DNA of 62,726 bases, filler included, from Squatina squatina (Eukaryota): the NCBI GenBank assembly GCA_031763465.1. It is 4 parts of 3 records of this genome, joined end to end, with 100 filler letters (N's around TTAATTAATTAA, not from the genome) between each part and the next. Parts side by side here need not be neighbours in the genome. Positions count along the whole stretch, not along the records: positions 1 to 13,942 come from JARFOE010000163.1; positions 14,043 to 28,152 come from JARFOE010000013.1; 2 more parts are not named here. One strand, given 5' to 3'. The first letter of the stretch is position 1. Each line of letters begins with the position of its first letter. Positions 12,074 to 24,085 of the stretch are shown here, one piece after another. The notes under the pieces are model-generated. The model searched no databases and was not told the DNA's origin. It saw only the letters and a list, made by a program, of their open reading frames with translations. The position numbers and the translations under genes were made by a program.

Positions 12074-12630
12074 CTGGGTGACGAAGCTTCTCCTGAATTC
12101 ATTATTGGATTTATTAGCAACTATTTATGGCTCTTAGTTCCGGTCTTCCCCACAGGTGGAAACATCTTCTCTATGTCTACCCTATCAAACCTTTTCATAA
12201 CCTTCACTATCAGGTCACCCCTCAGTCTTTTTTCTAGAGAAAAAAGCCCCAGCCTGTTCAATCTTTCCTGATAGGTATAACCTCTCAGTTTTGCTATCAT
12301 TCTATTATCTTTCTTTGCACCTTCTGCAGTGCCTCAATAACCTTTTTTAGAATATGGAGACCAGAACTGTTCACAGTATTCCTAAGTGTGTCCTATACAA
12401 GTTTAACATAACCTCTCTGCTTTTCAATTCTATCCTATGAGAAATGATCCCCAGTGCTTTGTTTACTTTTTAATGGCCTTATTAACCTGCATCGCTACCT
12501 TTAGTGATTTGTGTATTTGTACCCGCCAGCTCCCTCTGTCCCATTTAGATATTATATGTGACCTCCTTATTCTTCCCACAAAAATATACCACCTCACACT
12601 TATCTATATTGAAGTTCATTTGCCATTATT
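12074..12630 (-). mobile_element. CR1 LINE ORF2 fragment
   Basis: Reverse complement of CR1 motifs (atatggagaccagaactgttcacagtattcc; caggtcacccctcagtcttt; cccacaggtggaaacatc). Similar to 15700-16011. Confidence 0.7.
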
Positions 12631-13942
12631 TTTAATAATGCTGTACAACACTGAATTCAGCCTGGATTATGTGCTCATGTCTCTGGGAGTGGGGATTGAA
12701 CACACAACCAACTAACTCAGTGATGAGAGTGCTATCATTGAGCCAAGGCTGACATCTATGATGTGTGGCATATCCTACACCCTGGTCATATAGCTGTACT
12801 TCCTCCCTCACAGTTATGTGTGGTATGCCCTACATCCTGGTTATGTAGTTAACAGTAATGTGTCATGCACCCTAGTACACTGCTATGGGTCTTTAACACC
12901 CTCCGTACTGAAATGAGATGTCCTCTTGCATCTGGGACTGTACAAATTGTCAGACCCACAAAGGCTGCACTTGTTGCAGTGTGTAGAATGACGCAGCACA
13001 GGAGGCCATTCAGCCTACCGCACCTGTGTTAAGTAGAAACTGAACAATAGTTTAAGTTACACCTATAACTTGCACAGAGAGGAATCAGTGCGATGGAGTT
13101 GGCATTTTTCATACGCTGCACTCAGTTTGAAAGAAACATGTTATTACACAAGTGAGCAGAGCATACAGAAGTTTTCGCAACTGTTTATCGTGTAGGAAGG
13201 CAGTGCTTGTAAGTGCAGAGTATTGCATGTGCAGCATATTAAAGAGTAACAGTGTGGAATCCCAGAGTAACAAACAGCTCCAGTTAAGCAAAATGATTAG
13301 ATTACAGCAGTGAGGATCAAACTACCATCAAGTAATAACACAGAAAAACAATCATCTCTTGAGGAAGTCGAAAACAAACTATTAAACCTGTTGAGGGCTA
13401 ATGTACAAAAGCAATGCCAAATTACACTGCTTCCCCATGTACCCTGCAGCCATCAGCAGGTCTGAAAACAGTTGAGCTCACCTCCAGAAGGATAAGGTCA
13501 AATGTGGGCTAGATTGGAATCAGTCACATTAAGCCCCCCACTACTAGGCCTCTGGTCACGTGACCAGCTGAAATCCACCTCAGTGGGAACCAATTGCATA
13601 CGGAGGAGAACTATATGTAATTCATTATTGAAGTTGCAGCTTGTCCTTTGGGGTCTGGAGTATTTGGTTTGCATTAAGCATATACCATTGTACAGCTGAG
13701 ACAGAGAGTTTAGGTCAGGGTGTAGTTACATTTTGGCAGATGCATTAACGGTTAAGTGTATTGGAGGTGCACAGCCTTGTGTACGTATTCATATGTTATA
13801 AAAACTTTCTGGCATCTATTAACAAAACAGCACAGCACTCAGACCAGATATAGAAATACATCTTCAACAGCCCTTCTGCTCCTCAGTGCCTCAGGCTGCA
13901 TAAAGTAAACAGAACGTGGGAGTGAATGGAAACTGCAAATAT

Positions 13943-14042
13943 NNNNNNNNNNNNNNNNNNNNNNNNNNNNNNNNNNNNNNNNNNNNTTAATTAATTAANN
14001 NNNNNNNNNNNNNNNNNNNNNNNNNNNNNNNNNNNNNNNNNN
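13943..14042. other. Artificial assembly linker 44N-TTAATTAATTAA-44N
   Basis: TTAATTAATTAA at 13987-13998 (palindromic, stops in all six frames) centred in exactly 100 nt. Identical layout occurs three times. Confidence 0.95.
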
Positions 14043-14703
14043 ACCGAGGCCAAAAATTAAAAAAAAGCTTTATTGGGGCCAGCTGGTGTATAGGCCTTGT
14101 GGCCAGGGACGCAGTTTGCGCCAGCATAGGATGTGCGACGTTATAGAGTCGCCGCTGCCACCTCTGCGCCCACTCACGACTCCGCTGTCTGCCACAGGGG
14201 CACCACCTCCAGATTTGGAGGCAGCTTCCCCTGCGATGCCACTGGCCAAGGGCCATTAAAGGTGTGTGTCCTGCGCCAGCAGCCGCCAACTTAAAACATC
14301 AGCCGACATTATTGTCGACTGATGTGTGGCAGCCGATTGCCCAGAAGAAAGCATCCGTTTGAGGGCACGCTCTGGCGTGCTGCCACGTTCTCCAGGTTTT
14401 TTCCTTGGTTCATGGTGGTCCAGTGGGGCCTGGATCCCCTGCTTAACGGCAAGCCTTCTGCCCTTTAAGGCGCTGGGTGGGGCCACGGCTTGCGCTTGCG
14501 CCGGCAGCATGGCGGATGTCACTCTGCTGGTGCAATTCAGAAGTGATGCGGCATTGGCCAGGTCGGTGCCGTCGTTGCCAAGTTATGATGACCCGCACGG
14601 TGACAAAGCCACCAAGGCCGCATCGCTGGTGGCTGGGCGCACTTTCGGCTGTGGGGCCCCAAATGTTGCAGCCGGTTTCAGCACAGCCAAATTGGGGTCC
14701 CCC
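14043..14703. mobile_element. GC-rich non-autonomous DNA-transposon end (Harbinger-like)
   Basis: CpG-rich island in AT-rich background ending ccaaattggggtccccc followed by TAA. The terminus resembles other GGG-N-GAAATT ends in this window. Confidence 0.4.
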
Positions 14704-14760
14704 TAATGTACTACAGACCACTTTGAATTTAATTTATAAAATTATTTTGTTCCATTGCAG

Positions 14761-14885
14761 TTTTAACTGGTGGCCCTTTGCTTGGCAATCATGAATATGA
14801 ATTGCATGAGGTTCGATTTCACTGGGGTAAAGAGAACCAGCGTGGCTCTGAACATACTGTTAATTTTAAAGCATTTCCCATGGAG
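14761..14885 (+). CDS. CA8: Carbonic anhydrase-related protein VIII exon
   Basis: Acceptor ccattgcag, donor gag|gtaagt, phase 1/0. Encodes (V)[48 protein letters not shown] (Arg in place of a zinc-ligand His) is diagnostic of CA8. Confidence 0.93.
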
Positions 14886-15183
14886 GTAAGTGCCAGACAT
14901 AAATAGGTATTTGTGAATGGTTAGTGTTGTGCAGGAAGTTTGAAAATACCCCTTTGGAAATCGTATTGTTTTTCCTGCTGAAAATAAAAGTATCAAATCC
15001 CAAAAGTTATTTTGATGTATTGAGGAGTGTCAGTAATCTATCTGNNNNNNNNNNNNNNNNNNNNNNNNNNNNNNNNNNNNNNNNNNNNNNNNNNNNNNNN
15101 NNNNNNNNNNNNNNNNNNNNNNNNNNNNNNNNNNNNNNNNNNNNAAATGTTTCTAATTTCCTCACATTTTGTCAATGTTTTAG

Positions 15184-15296
15184 ATCCGCTCCTTCGAGAT
15201 TACTGGGTATATGAAGGCTCTCTGACCATCCCTCCGTGCTGTGAAAATGTGACCTGGATACTATTCCGATACCCTTTAACAATCTCTCAGTTGCAG
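15184..15296 (+). CDS. CA8: CA8 internal exon
   Basis: Acceptor tgttttag, donor cag|gtacat, phase 1/0. Encodes (D)[37 protein letters not shown]. Confidence 0.93.
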
Positions 15297-15699
15297 GTAC
15301 ATAATGAACTTCATAAAGCTTGCCTCTAGAGAAAACTTGGAAAACCACTTTTCTAAAGTTTCTTTGTCTTTTAAGTAAAGGTTGCAGCCTTGGGATGCTG
15401 TTACTTGTATGAATTCAAAGCAAAGGTCAAAGATGAAATGATAGTTGGCTTTTATCACATTTTTGCAAAACAGGTCAACAGGAGTCGGGTAACTGTAGGA
15501 TCAATCAGTAAGAGAATAAACGTACCATGTTGCGTATTTCCACTTTGGTTTAGCTGTTAAATGTCACTATTTGAAGTTGTTGTTGTGTAGTGATGTTTGA
15601 TGAAAAGAAAAACAGTTTAGCCTAAACCTTTTAAACACAAAATTGTATATGTGAGCTAGAAATAGCCATATGGTCATTATGATTTTCTTAATTTTACAC

Positions 15700-16011
15700 T
15701 AGGGTTTATTTCTAGAAGTATAGAATTGAAAAGTAGGGAAGTTATGCNNNNNNNNNNCTGTGTACAGTTTTGGTTGCCATATTATTAAAAAGAATATAGA
15801 GGTAGTGGAGAGAGTACAGAGAAGATTTACAATGGTGATACCAGAAATGCGACTCTATACATGTCAGGAAAGGACGAGCAGGCTGGGTTTCTTATCTCTT
15901 GAAAAAAGAAGGCTGAGGGGCGACCGAATAGGGGCCTTTAAAATTATGAAAGATTTTGATAGAATGGATACAGAGGGAATGTTTCCACTTGTGGGGAAGA
16001 GCATAACTGGA
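15700..16011 (+). mobile_element. CR1 LINE ORF2 fragment
   Basis: Translation IEVVERVQRRFTMVIPEMR...RLGFLSLEKRRLRGD...FKIMKDFDRMD is the CR1 reverse-transcriptase C-terminal region. Confidence 0.85.
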
Positions 16012-16321
16012 NNNNNNNNNNNNNNNNNNNNNNNNNNNNNNNNNNNNNNNNNNNNNNNNNNNNNNNNNNNNNNNNNNNNNNNNNNNNNNNNNNNNNNNNN
16101 NNNNNNNNNNNGTCCCATTTGATTAAGTGGATGGTTTCCTTGGCCGAATGTGCAGCATTTTTCCTTTGATGCCGATCCTTACATCTCGCGCAGACTTGCA
16201 AAGTCTTCCTATCTTCCGGGATACTTAATACAGCATTTTGGCACTTCATTCCCTTTTGTTAATTGTCTCTATGTGTTGAGGCATTGTTAGGTGTGTCTGA
16301 AAAGCTCCATTTTGAAGAATT

Positions 16322-16625
16322 AAAGAAAGAAAGACTTGCGTTTCTATAGCGCCTTTCACAACCTCAGGACGTCCCAAAGTGCTTCACAGCCAATGAAGGA
16401 CTTTTTGCAGTGTAGTCGCTGTTGTAGGAAACGCGGCAGCCAATTTGCGCACAGCAAGCTCCCACAAACAGCAAAGACTAGATAATGTTTTTCGTGATGC
16501 CGGTTGAGAGATTGACCAGGACACCCTGGATAACTCCCCCCTGCTCTTCTTCGAAAGAGCACGGTGGGATCTTTTACATCCACCTGAGGGGGCAGATGGG
16601 GTTTCAAGTCCCTTTCCAGAGATAA
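16322..16625 (-). mobile_element. Deu-domain SINE (SacSINE1-like)
   Basis: aaagaaagaaagacttgcgtttctatagcgcctttcacaacctcaggacgtcccaaag...gcagccaatttgcgcacagcaagctccc; inverted relative to the copy at 16685-16985. Confidence 0.7.
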
Positions 16626-16684
16626 TGTGATTATCCATGTAATCCAGGCTGACACTCCCAGCGCAGTACTGGGGGAGCGCCGCA

Positions 16685-16985
16685 CTTTCGGAGGTCTTTC
16701 AGATGAGACGTTAAAACGAGGCCCCCTCTGCCATCTCAGCATGTTTAAGATCCCAGGGCATTTATCGACACCCAAGTCGATAAATAGCCAATATTTATCC
16801 TTCAGTTGACACCTAACACGGATTCTCTGCTCATTTATTTCACCCCGGTTTGAGGGAGCTTGCTGTGCGCAAATTGGTTGCCACAGCAACGGCCACACTT
16901 CAAAAGTACTTCATTGGCTGGAAAGCGTTCTGGGACGTCCTGAAGCCGTGAAAGGCTTGATAGAAATACAAGCCTTTCTTTTTTA
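16685..16985 (+). mobile_element. Deu-domain SINE (SacSINE1-like)
   Basis: gtctttcagatgagacgttaaaacgaggcccc...gggagcttgctgtgcgcaaattggttgcc...tgggacgtcctgaagccgtgaaaggc. Confidence 0.7.
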
Positions 16986-18007
16986 AAGCTGGCGCCTCAT
17001 CAGTCGGACTGGCTCAGTGCAAATTGGCTAGTTACTGATTGAGAAAGAGCATTCCTTTAACTCACTTTGAGGTACATTGAGCTCCACATCGGCATTCCTG
17101 TCCTTCTCCAAATTTTAAATTGCAAACCTACCTGTCTGGTGCAGCGACGCAGCAGAGGCCAGGCAGAGACAGAGCCATCCGATGGGAAGAGGCACATTTA
17201 GCATGCTTAACCTGCAACAAGAAGGAGAATATTTCACTGGAGATCGTCCCGAAAGGGCCCAATGAATTGCAGCTTAAAACATTGTCAAGTACATTTAGAA
17301 ATCCTGTTTGCAGTGTGATTTCTCCTTACATTGAGCCTTTTATTATTTATTGCCCAGAAGTGAACATCTAGCTGAGTTCCGCTTGTGTTTCTCAATATGG
17401 AAATTACATTTTTAAAAAGTCAATATTTGGATAAGTTCTGAATATTGTAACTTGGCAACAAATTATAAAATAAAGTACCTGCCCTTTTTTTGGTACATTA
17501 ATCTTGATTTTGCCTTTTGAACCATTTCAAATTTAGAGGTGCATACACATGTTTGCATACTCTTGTCTTCTATGTTTGTGGATAATGCAATCTTTGGAGG
17601 CTTTTTTTTTAAATAGTCGATCCAAAATTGACCATTAACCTTCAGCTTATACTGCATAAACGCCACCCCATTTTACTGTTCATTAATATTTAATAAATGT
17701 GCTTTTTTTTGTAACAAAGGAGATTGTAGTGCAACACAATGCATTAAAAATAGCTCAGCAATTGTTTGGGTGCAATGAATCAGTGCCAAAGTAGTTATGA
17801 TGTAAGTTTTTGAAGAAGATTACACTGATTGATTGCATTTAGACATCTGAACAAATTAAATTGCCATAGTAAATCATTCCCCTTGTAATACACTGAGATT
17901 GAAATACTTTGATATAGATATATTTCATAAAATAATCTTGACATTTATAAAATGGTGCTTTATGAAAGTGCATACTCTTATAAATCTGATTTCATTTTTC
18001 ATTCTAG

Positions 18008-18142
18008 ATAGAAGAGTTTAGAAGGGTACGGTCCCACATAAAAGGAGCAGAACTACCTGAAGGATGTGATGGAATTTTAGGAGACAATTTTAGGCCAACT
18101 CAGCCTCTCAGTGATCGAATCATCAGAGCTGCATTCCAATAA
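18008..18142 (+). CDS. CA8: CA8 last coding exon
   Basis: Acceptor cattctag, phase 0. Encodes [44 protein letters not shown], with TAA at 18140-18142. A donor-like tcag|gtaatc follows at 18174/18175. Confidence 0.93.
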   Translation: MEEFRRVRSHIKGAELPEGCDGILGDNFRPTQPLSDRIIRAAFQ

Positions 18143-21100
18143 GAAACAGTGATAGTGAACAGAATCAATTTCAGGTAATCATAAAACACAATGTTTCTAT
18201 CTGTTCTACAAGTTTATTAGTAATAAAATGTGAGATCATAAAGATATGTTAAGAGTCCAGTGGCAAGCTGCTGTGCTGTAGGCTTATTGAAGTTTTTGAA
18301 AACCTTTCCACTTCTAGACCTGGGTGTATGTCCATAAATCAGTGAAGGTGGCAGGACAAGGTGAGAAAACAGTTAAAAAGGCTTATGGGACCTTAAGCTT
18401 CATAAATAGAGGTGTAGATTATAAAAGTATGGAAATTNNNNNNNNNNNNNNNNNNNNNNNNNNNNNNNNNNNNNNNNNNNNNNNNNNNNNNNNNNNNNNN
18501 NNNNNNNNNNNNNNNNNNNNNNNNNNNNNNNNNNNNNATTGGCCCAGACCTACCACATAGTCTAACGCCCTCACTGATTCAGTGTCCTGGCTAGAAATGG
18601 GTACATGGGCTCCATTCCTGAATCATGTTACATTGAAAGAAAATTGGCATGACCGCTCCTGTCTACTTTCTTTGAATAGTTTTGCCTCTTTCAACACTTC
18701 ACCAGTGATGGCAGTGTTCGGGCACCTCGGCCGCACTCTCTGAAACAGAAAAGTTACTGCCAGAGAAAGAAAAAAGACTGAGACAGAGAAGCAGTAAGAC
18801 CGAGAGAATCGGGCCTTGATGTCGGCTTGTTGTTGTTCAGCTTTTTGAAACATAATAGTGACATTTTTGCAGTTGTGATTGAATTGACAGTTGCTATTAG
18901 AGATGTTAGCTGAATTCTGGCAGCAACAACAAGAGCTTGCATTTACATAATGCCTTTAATGCAGAAAAGACATCTCTACAGGGGTGTAATCAGACAAAAA
19001 AAGATACCGAGCCACAGAAGGAGCTATTAGGCGGCTAGGCCAAAAGCTGGGTCAAAGACATAAGGCTAAAAATTCAGATGCTTTACACCAAAATTTAGTA
19101 AAAAGGCAGTGGCCGCCATTCTTTTGCCAGCTGGTGGCGGGTCCTGCAGAGAATGCCATTTTCCAAGGTCCGGCAGCACTGCCGGTAAGAACGATGGGCA
19201 TAGAAATATAAAATTAGGGAGAGGTGACGCCAGTTGGTGTGCAACACCAATTGAATGTTACGAACTTGAACTTTAGAGCTGAGTTCAGCACTGGGTCCTA
19301 AGCCCACCATAAAAACACAGCGTTCAGCTGACTCACAGAGGCACTGTCAGTATCTCATAAAGGGACGCACACGTCTTTCAGGTAAGTTTGCATTGAAGCT
19401 TTTGGACTGGATTTTTTTGATTTTATTGAAGTAGTGGCTTGCTGCAATACATGCTAAAACATTTTTTAAAAGTGTGCAGGATCTGAGAGCAGGGTTCATG
19501 GTAAGGTGTTTTCTCACTTCTCTTTAAATTTATCCAGAACTCAGATTAAAGATTTGAGACAATTCAGGGGGTTGATTTTTGCCCTGAAACAAACACCACA
19601 TTTGTCCAAATATACATATTAATTTGTTCAATGTCCTTTTGTGCAGCAAATGTGTTGTTGGTTTCATTTGGTTTAAGTTGGTCTGCTTTAAACCAAATAA
19701 ATAACATCTTAACCTATTTCTCGCCCTTGATCCTGTGTTCTTAAAGCCAGAAAGAAGTTTTGGAATTTTAATTGTACTGAAGTAAGAGATAAAGTGGAGT
19801 GGCTACTTCAACGCCAGCATTTTATATATACGCGATGGGAAGTGTTGACACACCATGTGATGCATAACTTTGAAAGCTATAAGAAATATATATGCAGCAC
19901 AGTGATTGTTTCAAACCCAGTTGAATAGCACATAGATAAAATTATTCTATTGAGTAATTTGTAAGACAAGAATTATACAGTGGTAGACTCCACTGATATA
20001 TTAGAACTGTTTTCTTGTTATTCCATCTGTCTGATCAGTCAAATGAACAGGGTGAACCTTCCACTAAGGAATTTCTCAGGCATGAATGTGCCATTCTCTT
20101 TTAACAGGGTGAAGACAATGAACCCACAGTATCCCACTGTATGAGAAATGGATCTTTCTGAAGCTGCTGCTCCTTCAAAATACAAAGCATGTTTTGTGTT
20201 GCCTTCTATAATTAATGCAGTCCTGAAAAGCAGCTGTGGCAGTTGGCTTGTTCTCATAGTCCTGTTAAATATTCCAGACAAGCAGCATGTCAAACATCCT
20301 TGACAACAGCCCCCTGCAGAGAATGCTCTGATTTGTTAACTCAACAGAAGAGATAGAAATAAGGTTGCCAACTCTGGGCATTACCATGGAGGTTTCATCA
20401 CACGGCCTCCTGCTTCCAACTGCCCCACTCCCGCAGTGTTTGCCTAACACGTCCATCCTCGCAGCGCCCTGCCAATGGGAAAGCAGACAGACTCTTCACC
20501 ACTCGATTGGATGATGCTCGACTGTCAGTGAAACAGCTTTTTCTCCCGTCTCCAATGTTTTTAATGAATAGGGCCTGAAGTCGCGGCCCCTACGGGTGTG
20601 TACGAAGTGCGCATGTGCCCGCAAATTCTGGGTTTAGGGATGCAAAGCGCATGCACCAGAACCCGGAACTGTGAGGTTATCCACTTTGGTGGTGTTAGGG
20701 GTCTTTAAAAATAACAGACTCCAGACAGGTCACTTGAAAGCAAGGCTAAGCTTTATTTCCTGATATCAGGGAAGCCATGCGTAAAAGTGCATGTCTTAAA
20801 GGATTTCATTGATAGTTGTACAATTTATACACAAAAAGTGGTTAATTACAATATTGGTGTGTCTTACTTAATCTTTTCCCGTCCAATCACANNNNNNNNN
20901 NNNNNNNNNNNNNNNNNNNNNNNNNNNNNNNNNNNNNNNNNNNNNNNNNNNNNNNNNNNNNNNNNNNNNNNNNNNNNNNNNNNNNNNNNNNGGAGTGAAA
21001 TTGAGTCCCAGAGGGGCAAGGACAGTGCACTAACTTACTGCACTGTCCAGTCCCTGGTTATATCTACCTGTGGTGTCATTTCTCAACTACTGAAATGTAT

Positions 21101-23163
21101 TTTCAAAATTCTAGTAATTATAGGTTTTCATTTTATCACAAATAATGCACACAAACCACTGTTTTTACTGAAGGGTCTATCTGACACTAATAGAAATATA
21201 TATGGATAAAACAAAATACACAATGTAGAAATAAAAATGAGTATCTCAAATACTATTTTCTTATTGTGCAGCAGACACTTGGTTTTGCATCAATTTCTTG
21301 TTTAATCAGTCATCAGTCTTACTATTGGCAAATTAAAGCAGAACAATTAGCAGCAGTGAAATGACTGATTAGAGTAAGAGCTGTGAGGAATCTCCTTCTG
21401 AAACAAATGCTAAATGGTAGTAATTAAGTGAGATGTATGTCAAACATCATTATGAAATCATTCTAAAATTAGCCTGGAGTCTTAAATCTCATTTACACAG
21501 CAAATTAAATCAGTATATGGATCAATTGAATTTGAATTAATTAACTCTACTCCATTTCTCTCCACATTTATAAACCTCAAAGTCAAGCTAGTTGGATGGA
21601 AGCCATGAAATTTCTGCTCTGCCAAACATATGTAATAAAAACTATATTTCTTCATTATAAGTATTAATAAAGTATGTACAGGAAACTAAGAGGTTTCTGG
21701 AACAGAGCATTTTAAGTGATTTGTAAGTTGGAGGAGAAGNNNNNNNNNNAGAAGTGAAAGAGAAGGACATTCTATAAATGTCACATCAACTATGACTAAT
21801 AGATTGCATATATTAACTATAGTTTCTACTTAAGAAAAAACACCACTTTTTAACCCTCCTGAGCATATATAAAAATACTATTGATACATTTAAATAGACG
21901 TTTTCAGTTTACAGTCCAGTGTGGGTCAGCTTGTCACCAACTAAATGAAGTGAGGAGCACACAAGCAAGAACACAATTTCAGTCACTGTATTACTCATAG
22001 GTGCATTATCCTCTTTTCTCTATTTTGTGAACTTGTAGATTGCATGAGTGTGCATAACTTCAGGACATCTCCATATTCCACATGCCACAGAGAGGTGATT
22101 AATGGGTCACGAGGTGAGAATCTCTGCATTAATACCTCCCTGGATTTCTGTGTTTTTTATTTGAATGCAGGTTAATTCTTTCTTATTTTAAAGAGCTATT
22201 TAGACACAGAAAAAGTAGCCACGTGGCGTGACAGCGCCACCATCTGTCTATGCAAAATACTTCTAGGCAAACACTGTAATTTTCTCAATTTCAATCTGTC
22301 AGTGTTTCATATAATATAAAACTACATATAAAGCATGATTCATGTATGGAATGTCACTGAATAGCAAGTCTAATTAATGGATGAAAATCAGACACTTGGA
22401 TAACTATTACCAGCAAAACATTGATAATCAAAGACAGACTGTAACTGTTTTACCTACTTATTAAAAAAAACCTACTGAAGTGATGCTTAATTTACTTTGA
22501 ACAATTTTCTCTACTGTGTAGGTAAGCATTAAGAACATTATCACTGCTATCAAGTTATTGAGTAATTCTTTGTAGGGATATAGTAATAGATGGATTTAGT
22601 CTATAAAAGTTCCAAATACAAATATCAAATTTGAGTGAGAAAAGTGTGGCCATGTAAATAGTGCGCTTCCTTCCTATTTATAGGTGGAAGTTGGGATTTA
22701 TATCTGGGATGGTCTGTTACTCAGATTTACAGATGAGAGAATATGTTTTATTAACTTTGGAACTAAAATACCATTTGGTGTACTCTATTTTATTGGAAGG
22801 AAAAGCTGGACCATTACCAGCCACAAGCTTGCTTACTGTCAGATGATCATGGAAGAGTATTAACAGCGATTATAGAGAATCCATGGCCCAGACCCCTTCA
22901 CCTTCTAGGCTGAAGTAGCCTAAAGGAAGGCCTTGAAAGTAAAACTGAAGCAGCTCTGCACATATCTCACATTCCAGAGACTTAACAGCACAAGCAAAGG
23001 CCATTTAGTACAGCTGGTTCATACAGCTATTCATGTTTCACCTGAGGCACTCCTGCCCTCCTTNNNNNNNNNNNNNNNNNNNNNNNNNNNNNNNNNNNNN
23101 NNNNNNNNNNNNNNNNNNNNNNNNNNNNNNNNNNNNNNNNNNNNNNNNNNNNNNNNNNNNNNN

Positions 23164-23680
23164 CCATCCGAAGAACCTGTGTGGTGAACTTTCGTTTGCC
23201 TCCGCCTCTGACGAGTATATCCTTTCTAACATAAGGAGACCAAAATTGTACACAATACACCAGATGCGATCTCACCAAGGCCCTCCTTAATTGCAGTACG
23301 ACATTATTACTCCTGTCCTCAAATCCTCGTGTAATAAAGGCCAACATACCATTTGCCTTCCCAGTTGCTTGCTGCACCTGCATGGTAGATTTCAGTGACC
23401 CATCTACAAGGACACCCAGGTCCCTTTAAACATCAATATTTCTCAATCTCTCACCATTTAAAAAATACACTGCATTTCTGTTTTTCTACCAAAGTGGATA
23501 ACGTCACTTTTTCCACATTGTGTTCCATCTGCCATGGTCCTGCCCACTCACTTCGCCTGTCTATTCCCTCTTAAGCCTCTTTGCATCCTCCTCACAACTG
23601 ACATTCCCACCTAATTTTGTATCATCAGCAAACTATTACATTTGGTCCCCTCATCCAAATCATTGATATAGATTGTGAAG
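23164..23680 (-). mobile_element. CR1 LINE ORF2 fragment
   Basis: Minus-strand translations LFTIYINDLDEG and QVQQATGKANGMLAFITRGFE...ALVRSHLVYCVQFWSPY. Confidence 0.9.
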
Positions 23681-23692
23681 AGCTTATGCTCG

Positions 23693-24085
23693 ATAGGACT
23701 AGAAATTCGGGTCGTTTGCGCCTCCTTTAACCTCCCTGTTAGCGCCTCCGTTAGCGCCCCCACAAACGACTTCTCGACTGGGTGTGGCACTGTTAACAAA
23801 CGCCCCCATCCTGCTGCACTGGCGATGATAACATTATCACCGTGCACAGTGCCCTGTGAGAGCCCCGGACCCTAAATTGGGTATCGCCCCCTGAAGCTGT
23901 GCCGGGCGATGCTAGCGAGAGCTTCAGGGGACATGAACTGGGCAGCCGATTGCTCGTGGGGTGCTAGTTAGAGGGGAGGTGTTGGCCTTTAAAAAAAATG
24001 TTGCTGCTGCTCTACCAGTTCCCTGACGAGAGTAAACCAGCACCAGAGGGGAAGCGGTCCAACAACCAGTTTCAGCTGCAAAGGT
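23693..24085. mobile_element. GC-rich DNA-transposon end (Harbinger-like)
   Basis: Starts aggactagaaattcggg, is CpG-rich, and has repeated gttagcgcc units. Boundaries approximate. Confidence 0.4.

Noticed and set aside
13987-13998. TTAATTAATTAA as a homeodomain site or piggyBac target
   Set aside because: It is isolated inside Ns in an identical layout three times, so it is synthetic.
14256-14794. Overlapping GC-rich ORFs or a CpG-island promoter
   Set aside because: They sit in a CA8 intron within a transposon-like segment and show no recognisable protein similarity.
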